Assembly: GCA_964057225.1 (NCBI GenBank)
Contig: OZ059898.1
Location: 14,446,001-14,510,000, forward strand
Source: Auanema rhodensis
Taxonomy: Eukaryota; Animalia; Nematoda
DNA: 64,000 bases
Reading direction: 5' to 3'
In this document: piece after piece, positions 13,901 through 26,089 of the stretch
Numbering within the stretch: position 1 is the stretch's first letter
Layout of the letters: every line of letters starts with the position of its first letter
Program-made: the position numbers and the translations under genes
Notes under the pieces: generated by a model
What the model saw: only the letters and a program-made list of their open reading frames with translations
What the model was told of the DNA's origin: nothing
Databases searched by the model: none

Positions 13901-15667
13901 ACAGAAATCATGTATGTTTCTTCATGATTTATGCTCATTTACTCAATTTCTGCATTCTTTTCAGGAAAATTGAATCTTCAGAAGAATGCTTCATCCCTAT
14001 TAACTGGATTCTCATGAGAATTATTCACCGAATTGCATTCTGGCAACCGGTACGACCATTGATTTTTAAAAAAAAAATTTTTTTTCTCTTCGAGACATTC
14101 CCATAATATGAAAACAATTGAATTTTCAGATATTAGTTCGACTTGTTGAACAACAGCTGACTGATGGAAAAGAGGAAAAAGATATGACATCAGCCCGAGT
14201 TTCACTTGAAAAAGCCTCAATTTTTTGTGAAAAAAGTAAAAGTCAACGTGAAGCTTTAATAGAATATGTAGCTTTGCTTCAAATTGAGAAAGACTTGGGA
14301 TCTCCAGGACTTCTCTCACATCCTAGTCGAGTAGGCTTTACACCTTCATATACATCTCAGTGACTTAGATATCAATGACAATCTGAGCAGAAACTTCATT
14401 TGAAAGGAAACAATCTACTCATTTCAGCGTTTACTCCGGATTGGATTTGTTGAACGATGGTCACAGAAGGGATTAACAGCTAGAGTCTTGGTTCTCTGCT
14501 CCGATAGGCTACTTCTTGCTCATCGTGTTAACAGTAACGATCATCCATTTGCTGTACAAGGTGAAATTAAACTGAAAGGAATGCTTGTAAGTGCATTTAT
14601 CATCATATCAAAGCTATACGTTGAGTATTTATTAGGTTGAAGATGGAGATACTTATAACGTAATTGGTAGACAACATGACGTCATTACAGTACATAGTGG
14701 AGATAAGTCAATTGTAATCACAAGTACATCCAAAGATGAATGGCTAGATGTAAGTACATGTAACATCTGACTCAAAGCAATGCATCTTTCCAACTATTTT
14801 TATCAGAAAAAAAAATAAGAAATTTCAAAAGTCCATAATATCCGCTTTTCATGGACTTATTGGCGAAAAAACATTTTTTTTTTCAATTTTAAGGACATGT
14901 GTACAGCTGTGAAAACGGCAGCCAAATGTCGTCTTGAGTTACCACAGCTGCAACTGGATAAGAACGATGGTCAGAAAGATGATTCAGAATATATGTCAAG
15001 TATGTTTTGATTTTTGTTCATTGAATTTTCAAAAAAATAGCGAAACGTTTCAGGATCAAAAGGTGAGGAAGAGAATCGAACAGGACCAACTCCATTGCAA
15101 GTGTGCTGGTATCGCAAATCCACATTAGGCATCCTAGATATATATAGAGTAATTCTTTGAAATATAGTTATTTTTGATATAAAAAAAAGGAAAATTCTTG
15201 AAAAATCAACAATATTTTCAGATCGTTTCCAATACACAAGCTGGATATCTTTTAAGAAAATTAAGAAATTCATCAGGATGGCAAAGACTTTGGGTTGTTT
15301 TAGCTGGTCAAGCATTATTTTTTTATAAATGTCATCAAGTAATATTATTTTATATTTCACATAATTAAACTTTTATTTATAGGGTGAAAAACCATTAGCT
15401 AATTTACCATTAATGGAATACGGTTTTGCTATGCCATCTGTTGAAGATATGATTATTCATGATTTCTGTTTTAAGCTCTTCTATGGTTCACACAAATATT
15501 TCTTTCGTACAGATACATCTTACAGCTTTCAACGGTATGTATTATCTTTCAAATCCCTTCTTCATCATCAGTTTCTTACGATTTACAGCTGGACAGATGC
15601 CATTCGTCTATGTGCCATCAATAATCGTCAAATGGATCGTATCACAGCTCTTTCATTACATATATAA
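5673..15667 (+). CDS. frm-3: FARP-type long isoform FERM-FA-DH(RhoGEF)-PH-PH (FRM-3B-like)
   Basis: Downstream in-phase exons 12762-12879, 12931-13046, 13120-13250, 13300-13395, 13440-13564, 13753-13911, 13965-14049, 14130-14330, 14428-14586, 14636-14749, 14894-14999, 15054-15148, 15222-15338, 15383-15534, 15589-15667. FARP motifs IAKDLLNIERT, CFIPINWILMRIIHR, LQVCWYRK, GYLLRKLRNSSGWQRLWVV, YFFRTDTSYSFQRW. The junction to the FERM part is inferred (phase-1 donor after 8384). Confidence 0.82.
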
Positions 15668-15985
15668 TCCAATTTTTATGTTTCTTTCTCTTTTTAATTT
15701 TTTATTTCCGGTTCAACATCATCTCAGCATAATCAGAATAGTATAAGGATATATCTTGTCATCAAATATTCATTTGTACTCAGTATCAGAAAAACAAAAA
15801 ACAAATTAGTTGTCATCTCAGGGTTGAAAGTATTAAAACAAATATTTTATTTTATAGTATTTAGGGATATTGATTACTATCTTAATGTTTTTTTAAATGT
15901 CTAATAGGTAGTAGTATATTAGTTAAATTACGTATGTATATGTACATATATAGATTATGACCTCGCATATCAGTCTCTCTCTCTT

Positions 15986-16026
<41 letters not shown>

Positions 16027-16645
16027 TCTCTCTCTCTCTCTTTCTCGTTTCTACGTATCACTAGATTGCATATCAATTTATTATTTCTGTCTTCCGATAA
16101 TCATCAAAAATTTATTATAAAATTCTAGAACATCATTGATATTAATCATTATATGAAGACTTTGAAACAATCATGTTCGTGTATGTTTCACATACTAATA
16201 TTATTGTTGAATAAACTTTTAAAAATGTTAAATTTGCGGAGTCGTGAATCTTTAAAATAATAAAATTATCAAATACCTCTGTTATATAGAATATGACAAA
16301 TCATATTAAGCTTGATTAAGCTTGAAACTTATTTACAAGTTTCATTCTTGTACTTCAATCAGAGCTTGAATTCACGTGTTAGACAGAAGTTTACATAACT
16401 TAAGTCAATGATAATAAATTAATTAATTAAAAGAATAAATATTATAATGAACAGAGAAATTTTTAAAATATTTTTAAACATTCTATAGTACGAATTACCT
16501 TTTTTTCAAATTAGCATATACAGCTAATTCAATTTCACGTCAAAAAATTCATGTACGTGAAATATCTTCACTTTCGATTTAACACTAACTGGTCGGTCTT
16601 GTACGGTGTTTGAACCATCGCACTGGAATCTTTAGAATTTCCAAC

Positions 16646-17568
16646 ATGCGCTACTTGGCACAATCTGAAAAAATGACTGACACAACTGACATTTCATCTT
16701 ACTCAGCAGGTTTGTTCTAAAGAAAATCTTAAATACGTTGAATGAGTATGAGTGAAAAAAATGTTTTTTTTCCTTCTTTTTCTGGATTTTTTTTTTATTT
16801 GAACGCTAGGGAACCACCCAGGATACATCATACATCCAATATCAACTCAATATACATTACTTTATTATTTATATATAATCTCTGTATAATATAGAAATTT
16901 TATAACTATACTAAATTTCACTTTCATTATTAGATTGTTTTCTATACTTATATTTTGAATTTTTAAACTTCTGCAAGCTCTTATCATGCTCCGTAATAAG
17001 TTGCCGTTTGAACTTTTCAAATTTGCTAGTGATAACAAACGATATATCTAAGATATATCATTTAATTAGTATTAGTATTATAGTTATACATTACTATATT
17101 TTCAAAAATATTATTTAAAATTTATTTTTTCTCATATACTACTTACAAATATTTGTTTATTTCAGAATATTCTATAACAGAGAGTATGGTAAATCTGATA
17201 TTTGGATTTGGATCGTCAGCATCGAAACCGTCTGGCTTTCGATGTTGTTCCAAGTTCGTACGACTACAATCATTTTCAGCTTCATCTCACTATCTGATAG
17301 CTTCTTCAGTACGTGATGAACGATATCGTGTAAGTTCTTTTTCTAAGTTGCTACCATTGCATCATGAGCTATGTATCCCTCATTTTCTTTTTTTTTAGTC
17401 TATCATTTCATATTAATAGTTTTTCATTTTACTTCCTTTTCATATTTTTCATTAAATTTTAGGAAGCTGTATCCCTTGGTATTCCTGTTATATCAACATC
17501 AATACTAACTGTTCTATCAGAATATAGCTCTATGGAACTAATACTACAAGAGGTAAGCAAATTGAATA

Positions 17569-17603
<35 letters not shown>

Positions 17604-20600
17604 TAGAGAGAGAAATAAGGAAATATAGAGAGATTGAATTCATAATTTCATTCCCTCATTTTCATTTACATATTATTCATTCATTTTTACTTGTTTTCTA
17701 TTTAAATACAGTTTTTTTGGTGTAACTGAGTAAAAACAAAACAAAAAAAATACTAATTGTCATCATCATACTCACCATTCAATATCTGTTTTCCTTTTCT
17801 TTTCTTTTTGTTTTATTATTATTATCAGTATTATATAATATTTTTCTCATTTAAATTTATTATTATACTATACTACACTATAGTATAGTATAGTATAGTT
17901 TAGTATATATAGTTAGTAGTTTTTTTTCAATAACATATATATATATTCAGATAGATAGAGAGAGACAGAGAGAGAGACAGAGAGAGAGAGAGAGAGGGAG
18001 AGAGAAAGAGAGAAAGAGAGAATAGAAACTATTAGTACTTTTTAACTACAAATCAGGACATTTGTTCTTCTTTTATCTTTTGTAGGCCGATCGACATCGT
18101 CTTCCTCGTTTCAAAGGCACATTCATCTATCTTCATCTAGATGAGACTCTAAATGAGACGAACCAAATTAGACAGGAAATTATGACAAATGGTGGGCAAT
18201 AATTGGAATATTTTTTAATAATTTTCCTCTTAATTTCATTTCTTATCATAATATTCAATCAAATTAGTATATACTATACTATATGAGAGACAATAACAAA
18301 CTTCCTTCTAGGTGGATTAGTTGTATCCAATTATACTCAAGCAACACATATCATTGCTAAAACATCAGATGATAATACATTACCTCCTATATCCCCTAAT
18401 CAACATTTAATTAGTACTCGAGTAAGTTTTCTTATAAACTTGTTTCTTAACTTAAAGCTTTGCTAGAGAATTAGTATAGTTAACGAGAACGAGGGCAAGG
18501 ATATTTATGCAAATTCTGTAGAGTTCTAACAACATGCTGAAGAGAAAAAAATGGGTTTATATACAATAGCATAGTTATTTATTTATTTGTTCAACTAATA
18601 GATTTGAGTCAGTAATTCGCAATCCAAAGCATATACGTGTGTTTAGAGAGAGAGAAAGAGAGAGAGAAGGGGGAATAGAAGGGGAAGGAAGAAGAAAAAA
18701 TAGAATTTTTTAAAGAAAAATGAACAGATCTATTATTAATCATAAAAAAAACCTTCAATTATGCCATTTTACTTAACTATATTAGTGTCACGTCCTCAAG
18801 CGCATAATTAAGCTATCGTGCATAAGCATTTAAAATGATTTTTTTTCGTGAAATGAAAAAAAAACGATTAAATTGCCATGTAATTTGGACTGAAAAACAC
18901 GGAACGTAAAAATTTGAAGTTAATTGTTTTGTTTACATAATGCATCATTAAATTCTAAAAATTCTATATATAGTTATTTATGTATTTACTTCAATATTTA
19001 ACAATGCAAATTAGATTTATTCACTATATAATCTATATAATATATAAATAGAAAATTGATAAAAATACATGATTAATATGCTTATTTATGTGAACATATT
19101 TTGATTTTCAGTGGATTCATGTGAGCCATGATTTGAATTGGTGTGCTGATGAGAACATTTTCGCTTTGCGCAAGCCCACAAAGCTCAATCGTCGGCCGGC
19201 TCGCCGACGTCTGACCCTTACCGGCTATATAAAGTAGGTATTTTATGGATATGCCATATAAGAATAATTTACTATATATATGGTATATAGTATATATGAA
19301 CATATAATTGTGTAAAAATCTATTATGTCAGAGGGCAAGGACATAGAGATTCGGCTACTAAATACAAACGATACCAGCTGTGTCAAGAGCTTTACAGCTC
19401 CGAAATACGGTGTTTGCAGATGATGGACTTTTTATCAAGAGTATGAAATCATTTTAATTATATTTATATAAACATATACAAGTTACATAATAGAAAATAT
19501 ATTATACTATATGTATAAGTATTATTTTGATTATTTTTGATTCAATAGTTCATGATGTTTTCGACAATATTGTAGAGCTAGAGCTATGCGGGAAGTAACA
19601 TATCACGCATCCCTACTCTGCAAAACGGATGCATTGAACTCATTACGGAGTACGACAAAGACTAATTGATTATTTTTGTTGTTTTTACAGATAAGTACTG
19701 ACAATTACTTGAATGATGAACAGAATTTAATTATATTTGGAAGTTTTTTGCCCATGAAGAATATTCACTCGGAACTAGTTGAAAAGATTGGAAAAGTTTT
19801 AAATACCTGGGATGATGAAAGCATGATTGGTAATGTGAGTTTCTTAGTTTATTTTTTATTAAAATATGAACTTAATACTCCATGATAGCTAGATCTGATG
19901 AGATTTGAATGAAAATCCCCCCCCCTCCTCTTCTGTGTCTCTCATACAGAGTAGTAGTACATGCATATCCATCTTCATCCCATTTTCCACTCTATATATT
20001 CCCTTTTAGCCATTAAACTGCTTCTCCGTTATGTTTAACGGTATGCTTATATTCATATATTGTATAGTTAGTATAGTATTGTCTACTATATAGTTATTAT
20101 AATAATCAATATTATTATACATATGTATGAATGAGGCTGTGTTTCTTATGACTTGTAACCAACTAACTAACTGCCTATTTATTCTTTTGGGGGTGGTGGT
20201 GTTCATTGCTCGGTTAAGTCTTTTATCTTTCGCCTTTAGTCCATTTAATTCCATTTTCTTTAAGTTTAGTTTTGAAATTACTTTAACTGAACTGATATAC
20301 GAAATGGATGAGAAACCAACTAATCTGAAGATGACCAGTGGGAGATACATAAGAGATGGGAGAACAAGAGAGTGAATGGTCAACTAGATAGATTGGTGAG
20401 AGAGAGAGGGTAGATAGAGAGGGTTAGAAAAGAGGAAGAGGGAAAGAATAACCAAGGAGTGGATATTTAAGGGTATATTTAGAGGACTTTCTACTAACTA
20501 AACTAAAAGAGACCGAATGAAGAGATGTATTGGCAGATAAGGAAATGCTGAGAGATTTAGAGAAACATACAAAATGTTTGAAAGAGAAAGAAAGAGAGAG

Positions 20601-22221
20601 AGAAAGAGAAGTACGAGAGAATGAGATTGGATAGAGATGTGAATGGTTAGTCCAAATTAGCGCCTAAAGTAATCGACTATTCAGCCGTATCCTCGTTCCT
20701 ATTTCATCTACTGCCCTCGGCTATATCGGTCTGTGAAATCAATTTTCTGCTTGGGCAACAGTGAAGGATTATTAGAAGAGAAATAGCTAATTTCATGCAA
20801 AAAGTAAACAGTTTGTGGATTAGATGAAAAGCCGTCTGAGTAGGAAATAGTCATTGATTGAAGGAGGTAGACAATGAGATGAGTGATGGAGAAAAAACCC
20901 TCAACTGCCAAAATGAGTGAGAAAGAGAGAGAAACAGAGAGAGAGCGAAACAGATTTAGACGGATAGAAAGAAAGAAGAGTCATATACTTGAAACAGTAT
21001 TCTCAAACATTTTGTTTCTTCATATCAAAAATCAAAAATCTGTTTCAGTTCTTGCTGCTTTTTAACTTTTTTTTTCTTCCAATCTTGGCCAATATTGATT
21101 AGCTTTTTTATGAGTAACCATTAGACAAGACAGATTTCATATATTCAAATAGAATGAACGACGAGGCTTTAGAAAAACTGGCTCCAGATGTAAGGTCATT
21201 CACTACATCTCTACTTCGACTCATACATACAAGACGAATGAAGAAGAGAAAAAGAAGAATAATAGGAGTAAAAAAAGTTCTTTTGTTGGAAGATATTAAA
21301 TATCCCAAAAAAAAGCTCAAGTTGATTGTCCTAAGTTCATGAGGCACAACGAACGAGAAAACATAAAGAGAAATAAGACATGTGGGAGATTTATATCGTC
21401 GAAGAAAGGCTATATCATCCCTATCTATGTATTGATAATCTTCAAAACGAGGATTGCGGGTAACTGAATGGGGGGAAAGAGAGAGATGTTGATGATGATG
21501 ATGATGGAATATAACATTAGTTTAAACTTCACTTTTCATAAATTCCGATTATAACCTTATTCTCTTGAAGACACATCAAATGATATTCCTTCTTTCTTTT
21601 TTTCATATCCCCCCTCCCCGCCATCCCACCCTGAATCTAATGTACTGAAAGATGTATCGATATAACAGTTTTATCAGAATGTTGCATTTGAAACTTCATT
21701 TTGAGTGGTTGATTGGGTGATGTAAATTGGGATTGACTTCAATTCCCTTCTGCAACTTCAATGTCATGTTTTAGATTTTTGTTGAAATTGCGGGAGATAT
21801 GGAGAGAGGCTATTTGGAATATTTTCAACAGTTGGAATTATGCCAGGAAACATTCAAAGAATGCAAACAAAAAAACAATAGATTTCGATCATATATAGAG
21901 GTTAGTTGAGCATTTTCGGAAACAAGTTAAAAGGTATGAAGCCAATAGCCATAAGAGAGCTCCAATTAAAGGGTGAGAGGGAGAAAGAGAAAGAGGGTGA
22001 GAGTGAGATGATTGTTTAGATGGCAAGATTGTTTCGTATATAATATATATATATATATATACAACAAAACGTCATAAATATTATAGGTAAAGGAACAAGA
22101 TAGATCACTCGATAAGCAAAAGATAGAATATCTGTTCAGTATGCCATATCAACAATTAACCAGCAGAGTACTTGTGACCCTAAAAGGTAATATCAGATGG
22201 CTGTTTTCAATTTCTTTTCTT

Positions 22222-22269
<48 letters not shown>

Positions 22270-23619
22270 TTATCTTTTCTTATATATTCATACTATAAAG
22301 AACTATAACAGCAATTCATGAAAAGACCGATAAAACGTCATCGGATTACATTTGTCTTCTGGCCGCTATAGATGCAGTTGATCAGATTTTGAGGTTCGTT
22401 TGCTGGAACACATAATTTGATAAAGGAATGCAATGACAAGCATAACGTTCAGAAAATGTAACGAATGCAAGAAGTTAACAGCAGACAGCCGCCTAATTCT
22501 GAAGCAGATCAAAGATGTACCGGTAAATACAAGCTGTTTCATGTTTCTGTTCTTCCTTGTCGTGATTTTGCGCAGAACTTAAACTTGAAGATTTCATGAT
22601 AATGAAATCACTTTTGGTCTTATAGGCACATGTGATGTGTTCCAAAGGAATGTTTATCGCTCAACATTCTTTTCGATGTGTATTACCGGAAAAAGAAAAC
22701 AAACTTTCTCAACTAATTCAACTCTACTTGTTCGATGATTTGTTAATAGTATGATACGATGATGATAATGTTGATCATCATCATGCCTATGATTCATACA
22801 ACTTGAGAATTGCAGATTGCTAAACGCCTAAATCAAACGTCATGTGTATCACTGAGTTTGAGAAAAACAAAAGAAACGAAAAAGGCAGAATTCACTGAAG
22901 TTTATCCATTGTCCGGAATTCGAGAAGTGTGCCTCTTGTCGGATGGGCCATCGAAAGCTTTTGTTCTCACTTTACGAAACGTTCAAGATACCCAGTGGTA
23001 CCTAGACGTAATTGATAGTCTTGAAGAATCGATAGAATTCGTGAATAAAATTGTTGACCAGGTATTTATTTTAAGATCGACAGCTAAACTTGAGTCGTTT
23101 TTAGGTTAATAGGATATGTAACAATAGATACCTTGAGGTGTCATCTAACTCAAACAAAACTGAAATTTATAAAACAGAATGGGTTGAACGTTCACAAAGT
23201 CATCGGTTTGTAGGCTTATTTAGTTCTTTGTACACATACTCATGTTCATGCTTGAAACTGAAAAAGACCACTTCAATATATCTTTTTAGGTCTCGATCAC
23301 CCGCCCGCACCTTATCTAATATCAGAAATAGTATACGACGAACACTATCTTTCAAATCCAGAAGTAGGAGCCGAATAAGAAGAGAAGGTATCGATCCCAA
23401 TATTTTTGTTTCCACCTCGACAGAAGAATGCACAGTAAAGATACGATTCAAGTAATTATGTAATGTAGAACTCTTCAGAAGCCATTACAACATATACTCG
23501 AGGTCGATAACGTTGAGAACCATGAGCCTGTGAACCCCTACGATGGAATAAAGCATTTTAGTCCGTTTCCCAACCTAAGATCTCAAAGAGAGCGGTCAAT
23601 TCTAGATGACTGCTGTTGA
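16646..23619 (+). CDS. Divergent ECT2/Pebble-like RhoGEF (BRCT-BRCT-DH-PH-polybasic tail), ~680 aa, 17 exons
   Basis: In-phase exons 16646-16709, 17166-17329, 17463-17552, 18086-18191, 18312-18421, 19112-19233, 19332-19440, 19691-19834, 21775-21900, 22087-22186, 22312-22393, 22453-22522, 22626-22748, 22816-23061, 23105-23205, 23290-23434, 23479-23619. BRCT motifs HYLIA..ERYREAVSLGIPVI, GG..ATHII, WIHVSHDLNWCADE; DH motifs KRYQLCQELYSSE, IFG..IHSEL..WDDESMIGNIF; PH motif LYLFDDLLIIAKR; tail IRRTLSFKSRSRSR. Confidence 0.85.
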
Positions 23620-24200
23620 AACATTGAAAAACATCCGGATTGCTGTATATAGAAGAAATTCAACATTCGTCCAATTTTGTTTCTAATATTAACAATGTAC
23701 ATACCAGATAAAAAGTATAATAGTTACGCTTTTACTTTAATATGTATATAGAGAATCAAATAAAACCTTTTTATGAGAGAGTTGGCAGTTTATATCAAAA
23801 GTTCGAACACAGAACCACTCAAGACTAACACAAATTTACCTTCATTTCATGAAAGACTCAATAAGATTACCATCCAATTCTTAAAAAAATAAAAATAGCT
23901 AAGATACGGTTAAAAGACAATTGAAGCAGCTAATCTTAGCTCGGATAATCCACAAACTTCTTAAGCTTGTTTTTCTAAAAATATAAAAAGTTGGATTAAT
24001 CGAAACCAATAATCCACAAAAAATGATGATCAGGTGGAAGTAAGATTTTTTTGAAAAATGCCTGTTTCTCGCCACATAAAGTTTACATATAGAAAATAAA
24101 CAATTAGCTGAATGCATAAGATAGAAACCGATTTACGACATTGCTAAGAAAAGAACAGGTACATTCAAAGATACTGAATTTTTTCCGCACGCTGTTTACA

Positions 24201-24244
24201 CAAAACTGCGCCACGATCTGTCCGCCTATGCAAAACTGCGCCAC
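24201..24244 (+). promoter_or_regulatory. Direct repeat CAAAACTGCGCCAC x2 upstream of atp-4
   Basis: Identical 14-mers at 24201 and 24231, about 100 bp before the trans-splice acceptor (TTTTAG ending 24327). Confidence 0.4.
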
Positions 24245-24335
24245 CTTTGATAGTTCACTTTGAGAGATTTATTTTGGAATTACTATTAAATTTATTATTT
24301 TTAATTCTGTAAAAGTTAATTTTTTAGGTGATACC

Positions 24336-24944
24336 ATGTTCCGTACTGTTCAGTCTGTAAGATCCATCTCTGTTTCTGCTGTACGCAACCAAGATTTGGT
24401 TCAACAGGCTTTTGTTAACAAAATCAGAGAGCTCGGAAAGAAGGGAGGAGATCTCGTTAACTCTGACCCCTCTGTAAGTTGAAAATTTGTATGATTTTGT
24501 TGCTATTCAACCGTAGAATAGTGAATGATGATTAATTTGTGTTTGAAACATAGTAATTTCGTTTTACATGTGCATGTCTTTAACATTCGTCATTCCAGGT
24601 CAAGAAGGCCCTACAAGATGAGCTTAACAAGCTTGCCATGAAGTTCCAACTTGCTAATGCTGATGTTGTTTCAAAGATCCCAATCAACTTCGAGACTCCA
24701 AAGGTATTTAGTTTTTTAAAACCTCTGTTTAATATGTTTTTCTTCTCCAGGTCGAATCTTCCACCAAGGAACTTCTTGAGGGAAAGACTGTTGCCTCTCT
24801 CTTGGAAGAAGTAAACAAGGTATGTTATTAATATATTATTTTTGTTGTAAGCTGTATTTTCTTCAGGAGAAGAGCGAGTACCTTGCCTCTCGTGATGCCA
24901 AGAAAGCTGCTGAAGCCGCTCGCGCTGCCGCTCTTAAGCAATAG
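24336..24944 (+). CDS. atp-4: Mitochondrial ATP synthase coupling factor 6 (ATP5PF/F6)
   Basis: Exons 24336-24473, 24599-24703, 24751-24819, 24867-24944. MFRTVQSVRSISVSAVRNQDLVQQAFVNKIRE..SDPSVKKALQDELNKLAMKFQLANADVVSK..YLASRDAKKAAEAARAAALKQ* matches C. elegans ATP-4. AATAAA at ~24966. Confidence 0.95.
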
Positions 24945-26089
24945 ATATTTTGTAGCTAGAATTCGAATAAATTTTACTGTTTTTATAATCTTTGCGTCTA
25001 TAACATTTTTATTTACACCACATTAATATATATTATATATAATATAACATAAAAGACAGGCGGTTTATTTTCTATCAAACCTTTAATTTCGTGGCGAGAC
25101 CATTTTCAAGCCAATGTTACTCTTGTCCAACCCCTCCCCCCCCGGATCAATAGATGGGCGGGGCTCCAAGGTTATCCCCTGGTGGTCAACGCCGACAGTC
25201 GCTGAGTCTTTACGTTATGCTAAAGCAGTACCAACTGAAGTATATATTATTTAATTAGTAATAATATTCTGAAGAGTTTCCTATTGACAACGCTGATAAT
25301 ATTCAAATACGATATTCTAAACCATATTTGCTATTTTTTCCCGCCAAGGCGGTTTTCCATCTATAGTTTTATTTTGTGAGTGATACGAGTACGAAGTTGT
25401 ATTGATTTCTTGATTCTTTCCATAGCCTAAGACTCTCTTCTTATAGCTGTTCACAGTTTTTTCTTATCCATAGGTGTTCCTTTCTCTCTTATATGTGCAT
25501 TAATATACTGTCATATTGTAATTAAGCAATTATAAATTAATGGGGGTGTTTTTGTCGCTGAAACTTTTTTCGAAGAATTTTGGCGGTTATTAATCGTTGT
25601 TTATTTTCTTTTCAAACTTTTTCTGACACTGTTTTGTTATAATCAACCTTTTTTCTTATCTTTCCAAGCCAGCAAATGTGTAACATTTTTTATAAAATCG
25701 AAAAATTCTTCTCTCTTAGAGATAAGTGTGCGATCACATCAAATGTGCTTATACTAACTTTTCTGGTTTTTTAATTTCATTCTATGAATATCATCATGAA
25801 TTGTAAGCTCATTTGTTTATCAATCGGAAAATCATCCGATAAGATTATGACGGTTGACAACCGGTTTCAATCATGATCCTCGCGAGGTCAATTGAAATTT
25901 AGGGCATATAATTTATCTCCTGTTCCGCTCTTCTTAACTGTGAATTCATCAATATTTCTGTGAATCTTATTGCTTTCTTGAATATTTTCTCGCCTTTGTA
26001 CAAATCTTCAGCAGATGTTCGAATTTCTTCTTTTTTTCACGTTCTATTCCTTTTTTGTTTCAGATTGATATAATGGTTCCTGGGTAGTC

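Noticed and set aside
19112-19233. GC-rich island that looked like an intronic ncRNA
   Set aside because: It is an in-phase coding exon (end of BRCT2, WIHVSHDLNWCADE) of the ECT2-like gene.
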